From Folioceros fuciformis (taxonomy: Eukaryota), in assembly GCA_049999805.1 (NCBI GenBank), contig JBNGIO010006333.1:277675-321354 (forward strand): 43,680 nucleotides of DNA, given 5' to 3'. Both the position numbers and the translations under genes were made by a program. Under the pieces are notes generated by a model. The model was not told the DNA's origin. It did no database searches and saw nothing but the letters and a program-made list of their open reading frames with translations. Numbering within the stretch: position 1 is the stretch's first letter; each line of letters starts with the position of its first letter. Shown piece by piece: positions 35,662 through 43,680 of the stretch.

Positions 35662-37421
35662 ATGGGAGATCGCCAGTACTCCTTCTCCTTGACGACATTT
35701 AGGTCAGCCTCTCAGTGCCTGAGCTGTGGGGTGTTAATTGATGCCACGATGTGCTGGCTGTTTTCAAGGTTCTGTGCCTAATTTTGTTCTGGTGTTTGCG
35801 CTCTGGCACGGCAGTCCGCAGGGAAAATTGGTGCAGATCGAGTATGCACTCATGGCTGTGGGAGCTGGACAAACCTCGCTTGGCATTAGAGGTAGAATCC
35901 TAGGTTTTGTTGTGTCGAGAGATTGCACCGTGTGGCTGTTTTGAAGTTGCAGCTGGTTGGAACTGCGGGCTTTGTTTGGGGTTGCAGCTACCAATGGAGT
36001 TGTAATTGCGACTGAGAAGAAGCTGCCACCCATTTTGGTGGACGAAACCTCGGTATGAGGCACTGAGATGGCTATGTCAACTGTGTTTGCGGTACTTCTG
36101 TAAATCTGGTTAGGTCATTGTCATGCCAACAGTTTTTTATATTCCAATGCTGGTGGCTGATGTCCTGATGCAGGTTCAGAAGATTCAATCCATCACACCC
36201 AACATCGGGGTTGCGTACAGGTGGGGAGCCAGTTTAGTAATCCCACTGCAATGCATGCAGTCTTCACCTCTAACGCACCGCAGTTTTCCATGAACAGTGG
36301 CATGGGTCCTGATTCTCGAGTCCTTGTTCGCAAGAGTCGGAAGCAGGCCATAGCCTACCACCGGCTTTATCAGGTTTGGCCTTATGTGGTATAATGGATT
36401 GCCCTCTCCAAGCTCGCTGTCGCTGATTGCCGACTTTTCATATTTTGTTTCCCGTGTGGTGATATGCTGTCAGGAACAAATCCCTGTATCTCAACTTGTG
36501 AGAGAAACCGCCATGGTCATGCAGGAGTTCACTCAGTCGGGGTATTGTAGTTGGACATTTGCCCCCCGCATGCAAGATGTTGTTACCATCGGTCCTGGTC
36601 TTGGTCATCCGTCCCTGTTGTGTGATTAGGGCGGGGTATTTTGCTGGCTGCTAAAAAGCTTTATCTGACTGCTTTGCAGAGGTGTGAGACCATTTGGTGT
36701 TTCATTGCTCGTCGCTGGCTATGACGACAATGGTCCCCAGCTATACCAGGTGTTTGCAGTTTGCTGGTTGTCTTTATAAAGGCATTGGCTTGTAGATTTG
36801 ATGCTGATGCTAATCCCCTGGAGATCATCAGGTTGATCCATCCGGCTCATATTTCCCTTGGAAGGCTTCAGCAATAGGCAAGAATGTTTCAAATGCCAAG
36901 ACTTTCTTGGAGAAGAGGTACGTCCTTTCAATTGAGCTTCCTCGGTTTGCACACAGCCCAGAATGTGGAAATCGTGCACTACTGCTACGTGTGTCCAATG
37001 TGTGAAGTCTTCGAACAAACTGTGTCTGGATGTGGTGGCAGGTACACAGACGATATCGAACTTGAGGATGCAGTGCACACAGCAATTCTGACACTCAAAG
37101 AAGGGTCAGTAGGACTTGGACTCTGTTCTGGGTCAAATTGTCGTTATGCACGCTTGTCCAGTCGCATGCTGCCATTCCACGCACAGGAGACTCATCTGTG
37201 TGTGTCGACTGAAACAGCTTCGAAGGCCAAATATCGGGCAAGAACATTGAGATCGGCATAGTGGGCAAGGACAGGAAATTCAGGTCATATATGCTGCTTT
37301 TGTGCATGGGCAGTCTCACGGGGTCTCTTCCTTTTTTTTCTCACAGCCGTCAACCTTGGTGGTACCTTGCAGAGTGCTGACACCAGCAGAGGTAGATGAT
37401 TATCTGGCGGAAGTGGAGTAG
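35662..37421 (+). CDS. PAB1: 20S proteasome subunit alpha type-2, 11 exons
   Basis: [26 protein letters not shown]../[12 protein letters not shown]../..[17 protein letters not shown]../..[22 protein letters not shown]../[18 protein letters not shown]../[26 protein letters not shown]../[15 protein letters not shown]. Confidence 0.97.
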
Positions 37422-37744
37422 AGTCCCGAGTCCTGAACAATCTCCGATTTTGCCCTCTATTCCCTTTCCAGTAGGTGATGGAAGATGTGTGGAACCTGCT
37501 CTGAAGACGATCACGTCTGTCGCTATGTCAAAGCCTTTCTTAAGATAGGGACTAGGGCATGGAAAATTGGAATGCTCGGTACGGGTTGAAAAGAGAATTC
37601 ACCTACAGAGCGCTCCACGTGCGTATATTCATCTACATGTGCCGTGGCGACGTCATGGCGCCTTAACGGGAAAATGGTCTTCAGTTTAATGCTCCAAGCG
37701 GGAAAAGGGGATTTAGACTAACACTGCAACTGAGAGGCAAGAGA

Positions 37745-37844
37745 NNNNNNNNNNNNNNNNNNNNNNNNNNNNNNNNNNNNNNNNNNNNNNNNNNNNNNNN
37801 NNNNNNNNNNNNNNNNNNNNNNNNNNNNNNNNNNNNNNNNNNNN
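37745..37844. other. Assembly gap (100 N)
   Basis: Run of exactly 100 N. Confidence 1.
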
Positions 37845-37931
37845 CTGTGCCTGAGGAGGCTTCTTTTGAACTTTGGATCAGGCAGAGACAGAGCGTCAGA
37901 CATCGGAGTGGAGTGGTCGTCTTCGGCAGCC

Positions 37932-39011
37932 ATGAACAGCAATGGGGCTAGCTCGTCCAATTCCGTGGGCGCGCAGCCGAAGAAGGACTCCAAGAAGCCC
38001 AAGTACTCGAGGTTCACGCAGCAGGAGCTGCCAGCGTGCAAGCCCCTGCTCACCCCGGGGTTGGTGATGTCCATCTTCCTGACAGTCGGGGTCATCTTCA
38101 TTCCCATCGGAGTTGCGGCGCTGCTGGCATCCAGGAATGTTGTGGAGGTAGTGGAGCAGTATGAGACGGTGTGCCTACCTGCCAACATCACCACCAAGGC
38201 CCTGAAGGTGGCATGGGTTCAGGACAGCGCGCAGATCCGGAACTGCCCCCGCGAGCTCACGGTGCCGAAGAAGATGTCGGCTCCCATCTACGTTTACTAC
38301 GAGTTGGACAACTACTACCAAAACCATCGGCGGTATGTGAAGAGCAGGAGTGACAAGCAGCTGCGAGGAGGCAAGGACACTGATGTCGGTAACTGCAAGC
38401 CGGAGGATACTCTCGCTAACGGCTCGGCCATCCTGCCTTGTGGCCTGATTGCCTGGAGTCTCTTCAACGACTCGTATTCCTTCCAACTCGGCGGGCAGGA
38501 TCTGCCTGTGAACGAGAGAGGGATTGCTTGGAAGAGTGACCGAGACTCCAAGTTTGGGAATAAAGTGTTTCCCAAAAATTTTCCTAACAACTATCCTGAT
38601 ATGCCGAACAACTTTGTTGGGGGAGGCAAGTTGAACGAGAGTGTTCCTCTGAGTGACCAAGAGCACTTGATTGTGTGGATGAGAACTGCAGCTCTGCCAA
38701 CTTTCAGGAAGCTATGGGGCAGAATCGAGAGAGACCTAAACGAGGGGGATGTTGTGAATGTCAATATCGTCAATCAGTACAACACCTATTCGTTTAACGG
38801 GCGCAAGAAGCTAGTGCTGTCAACTACGAGCTGGCTGGGAGGCAAGAATGACTTTTTGGGGATTTCTTACCTGTCTGTTGGATGCATTTCTGTGCTTTTT
38901 GCGACTGTCTTCTTCATTGCCCATCTCAGAAACCCTAGGCACCTTGGGGACACCAGTTACTTGTCTTGGAATAGGAATAACCCCGTCACTAGCTCAAGTG
39001 TTGCACACTGA
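37932..39011 (+). CDS. ALIS: ALA-interacting subunit (CDC50/LEM3 family, P4-ATPase flippase beta subunit), intronless CDS
   Basis: KKPKYSRFTQQELPACKPLLTP, TM1, YVYYELDNYYQNHRRYVKSRSDKQL, PCGLIAWSLFND, IAWKSDR, VWMRTAALPTFRKLWGRI, STTSWLGGKNDFLGISYL, TM2. Confidence 0.96.
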   Translation: MNSNGASSSNSVGAQPKKDSKKPKYSRFTQQELPACKPLLTPGLVMSIFLTVGVIFIPIGVAALLASRNVVEVVEQYETVCLPANITTKALKVAWVQDSAQIRNCPRELTVPKKMSAPIYVYYELDNYYQNHRRYVKSRSDKQLRGGKDTDVGNCKPEDTLANGSAILPCGLIAWSLFNDSYSFQLGGQDLPVNERGIAWKSDRDSKFGNKVFPKNFPNNYPDMPNNFVGGGKLNESVPLSDQEHLIVWMRTAALPTFRKLWGRIERDLNEGDVVNVNIVNQYNTYSFNGRKKLVLSTTSWLGGKNDFLGISYLSVGCISVLFATVFFIAHLRNPRHLGDTSYLSWNRNNPVTSSSVAH

Positions 39012-40173
39012 TGGGTGGTGCTGGGGATTGTGCTGCCTTTTGAAGGGAGGCTCCGTGGAGTGAGATTCTCTTCCATCACATTAGTTTCCATCACTCGAAA
39101 CGTGGGATTGCTAGCATCTCAAGAGGATGATGAATATATTTTCAAAGGCTTCAGACTTGAGGGAAAGGAATTCTTTTGTACTGTAACATCGGTTTGGCAG
39201 TTCGAATGGGCTTTTTGCAAGTTCGAAGTTGCGAGCTAGCTTTAATGTATCATTTTCGTTGATTCTCATATGTACAGGCTATCATTGTCGAAATGTGACA
39301 GCTACGCAGTTGAAGGGAATTAGAGTAACTATGTGTGGACCTTAGGGAGTGTAGGTGAGGTGAGGTGACCAAGGCGTCGCTCAGTCATGGCCACGAGCGT
39401 GATGCCTGAAGAGTCAATGCTGTCAAGCTTCCGAATGAATGCACAAGAAACTGCGAAGGAACTCTGTTATCGATTCACTCGTGCTTTGAAGGGAAGTTTT
39501 CACTGGAGAATTGACAGCAGGTACACGTAACCGTCGTGTCCTGCTTCCAAGGCCATTTCCTGCGCCTTGCGGTAGCGTCTTCTTTCAGGAATCTCCTACC
39601 AACAACCCACTAATGCCCAGTCAGGACTCTTGGACCGTAGCTGCAATTATTGTAGTCCCGCGAAACACAGGAAAGACACAGTCTTCGTACATGCGCTCAT
39701 ACTTTTGAACCCCTTAGACGCAAGTGCTTTGAGCAAATTTCTATACATTTGCCGTAAATGAGTGTATTCAACGGATTAATATTTTGTTTGTTGAATCTTT
39801 TAATCTTGACGGGCATGCTTAGTCAGTCTAAGAAAGAAAAGTATGTTTTTCACAATTTGTGAAGTTGAGCTACCAGTGTACTATTTTGCTAGAATCCATA
39901 CAAACGTGTTTCCTGCCTCCATAGCTTTTCTCTCAAGATAATGGTCTGAGAGTATGTACAGCGAAAGAAAAACAAAAGACCTTCGAACCATTCAGAAGGA
40001 GTGAGGGAATAGAATGGAAGTACCCTTGTACCTAAGGTGTCCTGTAGATGCTTTTTATCTACAAAGCCTTACTCCTAGTTGCTGCCCAACACACCCCCTT
40101 GGCTTGCAAACAAAGAGAGTGGATGGTACAAAAATAACTCGCCAGACAGACTTGAGATTAGTCCGGACTCATG

Positions 40174-40474
40174 TGCCAGCTCCTGTGATTGAGGAGCCTG
40201 TTGCACGCAGTAAGCAGAGGTCGGTTTAGCATCCTCCCCAGTTGAAGACTCTGAAGAGGCAGCAGCAGGCTCGGAGTCCTCCCCCAGCTGTGTAAGCTTT
40301 GCAGGGCTGGACAGCCACAGCCTGCCAGCTGCTGTCATTGAGGAGCCTGCTGCACGCAGACTGCAGAGGCCTGCTCGATATCCTCCCCGGTAGAAGCCTC
40401 AGACGAGGCAGCAGCAGCAGGCTTGGGAGTCCGCTCCCTGCTCAGTAACCTGCGAAGGCTGGACAGCCTGCCAG
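40174..40474 (-). repeat. Imperfect tandem duplication (period about 149 bp) of the ATL 3' coding end
   Basis: 40174-40322 parallels 40323-40474. The peptides are ..PAAASSESSTGEDAKPTSAYCVQQAPQ and ..PAAAASSEASTGEDIEQASAVCVQQAPQ. Confidence 0.9.
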
Positions 40475-41441
40475 TGGCAGGAGTAACCTGAGGCCCAGAA
40501 GGGGATGAATTCTTCCCCGGTGACCCAGCTGTGTCGTCCACAGCCACTGGTGCACCAAGCAGGATGACAGCAGGATGAGGCCTCTGAGGAATGTCGACGG
40601 ACAAGCGCCCCCGAGCCGTGGACGCCGGAGATGACGATGGAACTATGGGCGCCACCCCAGTGGACGAGGCAGAATTGGTCTGCGCATTACACTGCGACTG
40701 ATTCCCCCAAAACAAGACGTTGTTGGGAAACTGCACGCCCCTGCTGAAAGCGGTCTCCACCTGACGCTGATTGAAGCTGGCCAGCTGGTTCAGATGCAAC
40801 AACACTGAAGCATGGGTGTGGCTCCCGGATGCCCTGGCTGGCGGCGATCCTCCTCCTCCCACAATGATGATTTCAGGAACAGTTACTGCCGAGCCCTCCT
40901 CCGAATTCTGCCCTGCGCCTGTGCCTGTGCCTGTGCCTGTGTCTGTGCCTGTGCCTGTGCCTATGCCCATGCCCGTCCCTGCCGCCCCCAGCGGATCCCT
41001 GCACACCGGACATGTACTGTGTGTGCTCAGCCACATGTCGATGCAATCGGTATGAAAGGCGTGGTTGCACTTGGGCAGCAGCCGCCCCGTCTCCCCCTCC
41101 TCAAACTCGCACAAACACACCGCACACTCGGATACCGCCTGCGCCTTCTCGTGTTCACTCTCCGAGTACTTGAAGGTCGGGAACGCCTCAATTGTGGCCC
41201 TGTCCAGCCCGCCCAACACCGGCGTCGCCAGTGACGGATCCGGCAGCGCAAACCGTCGCCTCCTCATCGAGAATTGCCTGGCTGCCACCCCTCTCCACAT
41301 CCACTTGGCGTATAGATGCATAGCCAGGATCAATAAAATGACCGAAACCAGCACCACCACCGCGACCACCAGCATCTTCCCGTTCTTAGTCCCCATAGCC
41401 TGGTCCACGAAACTCCGGGGAGGCGGAGGAGGCGAGTCCAT
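40335..41441 (-). CDS. ATL: ATL-family RING-H2 E3 ubiquitin ligase, intronless
   Basis: N-terminal TM helix, basic patch, GLD motif (GGLDRATIEAFPTFKY), RING-H2 CAVCLCEF..LLPKCNHAFHTDCIDMWLSTHSTCPVCR, and a Gly-Thr hexamer microsatellite near 40917-40980. Confidence 0.95.
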   Translation of the reverse strand: MDSPPPPPRSFVDQAMGTKNGKMLVVAVVVLVSVILLILAMHLYAKWMWRGVAARQFSMRRRRFALPDPSLATPVLGGLDRATIEAFPTFKYSESEHEKAQAVSECAVCLCEFEEGETGRLLPKCNHAFHTDCIDMWLSTHSTCPVCRDPLGAAGTGMGIGTGTGTDTGTGTGTGAGQNSEEGSAVTVPEIIIVGGGGSPPARASGSHTHASVLLHLNQLASFNQRQVETAFSRGVQFPNNVLFWGNQSQCNAQTNSASSTGVAPIVPSSSPASTARGRLSVDIPQRPHPAVILLGAPVAVDDTAGSPGKNSSPSGPQVTPATGRLSSLRRLLSRERTPKPAAAASSEASTGEDIEQASAVCVQQAPQ

Positions 41442-43680
41442 CCTCTCCTCTCTTCAACTGCACTCGACTCCACTCAACTCCTCTCCTCTCTTCTCCTCTC
41501 CCACCGATAACAAGACCCACCACCCCACTCCTGACAAACAAGTCTCAGAATCCCGCTCCAAATCCCCCTCACTCACTGCACCCAGGACGATGACTCACAA
41601 TCACCCCGTGATCTTTCACCCACGGCTCCGCAGCCCGCACCCGACGCCACATTCTCCAGGCAGGCCGCACATCGCAGCGCACCGCTAGATGCCTAGCGGC
41701 CTGCACCCGAATCCCGCCCACCGACAGCTCACACACACCATAGAGACGCCTCCCAGCAGCCAAAAGTTATCAATCCCGGAGCAACCGAGGTCAAGGTAGT
41801 TCAGGCAGGCGTGCGGCCAAGTGTCAGAGAAGTCCGGGGAAGGGAAATAAGTATGTCAAACCCGAAGCCGGCACGCGGACGATCCGAGCAGCCGAGGGCA
41901 GCGGCACCACCAACCCGCCGCGCAGGCAGGCAGAAGTGGCCAAGATCGCAACCACCACCAAGCGGGCGGGAGCCGGAGCAGGAGCAGCGAAGGGGGCGAC
42001 ACCTTGGCGGGCGGAAGCATCAGGGAAAGCAAGCAGAACCGGTGCAGGAAAGCGAGGAGGATTGTTCGAGGCAGGTGGAGGAAGGGAGGGAGGGAGGAAG
42101 GAAGGACGAAAGCCGGTGTAGCAAGAGGCAGGCAACTCCGGGTCAGCACACCACAGTACAGCACAGCACAGAACAACAAGCACCTGCGTCTGGTATCTTC
42201 TTCGCTCTGCTCTGCTCTGCTCTGCCCTGCACTGTCAGCTTGGAGTGGAGTCACCTCACCTGGTACCCTCCACCCCAGCCTTCGCAGCTGCTTCCCAGTC
42301 CAGTCCAAGGAGGACCGCAGCGGACCCCTCTCTCTGTCCCTTCAACAGAGCCTGCTCCAAAGGGTCAACAGTCACGGAACCCATCACTTGAAGAGCAACT
42401 AACAGGCCAAGCAAGAACGCACGATGCACTGTAACGCGTCCACCAACACGCGCACAGCGAACCACTCTCGCCCATGTGCATTCTCTGCCACTTTTAGTTC
42501 TCCTCGCCTGCCATTGGTCTCGCCGGTTGCCTCCGTCTCTGCCTGCCATTCTTACTCACCACAGTTGCCTTCCATCCAGCCTTTCTTCGTCCTTTATCAC
42601 CACGCACACTTCCACTCTCTTTAATTATTTCTGTCCTTTTTACTATGCTTCTTTATTTAAAATACAAATTCTTTTAAATTATTTATTCTTCTTTTTTAAT
42701 CATATTTTTGTATTTGGGAACAACGCCATGTAGACAAGATCGCATTTCAAGGAATCCGGTCCATGTCGCACGTTGCATGGTCGCGCGATGCAAGAACCAA
42801 CATAAATGCACTTAACTCCATTTCAAACATTTTGTACCATACCTCAAGAGTTGGTTGTTTGAGTAGAAGAGTCTAATAAGCAATGATATACAAACTTCCT
42901 AAGAGGCCAGTACCCGAATATCAACTTGTCCGTAAGGTATAGATTTTGTCTATTATGCACGGAATTAGAAGCGAATGGAGGAGGAAAAATAGATATTGGG
43001 TAATGTTAATATGGATTCAATTTGTCCGAGTTCAGGGTAGCTATTTCCAATGAAAAGCCAAACTATCAACTTATTCAATGATGTGTACTAGAGATGAAGG
43101 CATTCTAGTGAAACAACTATACACATTGTTGTTTGTGCAGACTTTGCCTAGGGGCTTGCAACGACACCAATATGATAGGTAGTTCACAAATGCAAAGTTG
43201 GACGACATGTGTTAAGCGGGTTTAATGACTGCACCAGCAATAGCATATATGAACCCCATATGCATCTTGCCAAAAAGAAACTATCCAAACCTTGATATGG
43301 GAGAATGACAAACATGTCACCCAATGTAGTTGCAATTAAAACACTGAAGTATATTGCGATGTCAAACAACGGAGTATATAACGATTGACATTTTTTTATC
43401 AGGGTTCCTTTCTTTCAATCCTTTATCTTGGGGGTAAGAGGCCAATCTTCTTACTGGTTTCTCTGAATCAAGCTAAGGACTTTTTACTCTTAGATGTTCA
43501 GAGCTTTATGTCTCTTTTCTCCTCCTTTGCTATGGAAGGGATGTGTGTCCTTCAGGCCTCTCTTAGGAAAGAAGTATTCACAAGCGTAGAGAGCACTTCT
43601 TAGAACTCATTCATTCCCAAGCCCTCTTTTGTTTGCATTCATTCATGCTTAAAGAAGAGAGTAGGATCTTGGCGTCTAGC

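Noticed and set aside
42750-43680. CpG-poor region with faint resemblance to a retrotransposon integrase remnant
   Set aside because: Too degenerate to support a call without a search.

Overview
Gene-dense land-plant nuclear DNA with short (~100 bp) spliceosomal introns and two 100-N assembly gaps. The compactness, the intronless PLS-class PPR genes and a 'WW'-type PG box point to a seed-free plant, most plausibly a hornwort (inference). Genes supported, left to right: PLS-E+ PPR (+), an uncharacterised membrane protein (+), a multi-exon DUF72 TIM-barrel protein (-), GDSL lipase (-), a double-DUF3455 pseudogene (-), BTB/POZ protein (-), a second PLS-E+ PPR (-), SNM1B/Apollo-like beta-CASP nuclease (-), purple acid phosphatase (+), an intact secreted double-DUF3455 gene (+), TRAX (-), a decayed PPR pseudogene (-), proteasome alpha-2 (+), intronless ALIS/CDC50 (+) and an ATL RING-H2 ligase (-). 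There is also a 5'-truncated LINE relic and several tandem repeats. The two best leads are (1) the microbial-type DUF72 protein carrying an NLS and two PCNA-interaction (PIP)-like motifs, a candidate undescribed nuclear DNA-repair enzyme, and (2) the secreted tandem-DUF3455 family, present as one intact and one dead copy with matching intron positions. Domain names come from recognising motifs by eye, not from database searches, and exon boundaries were read manually.
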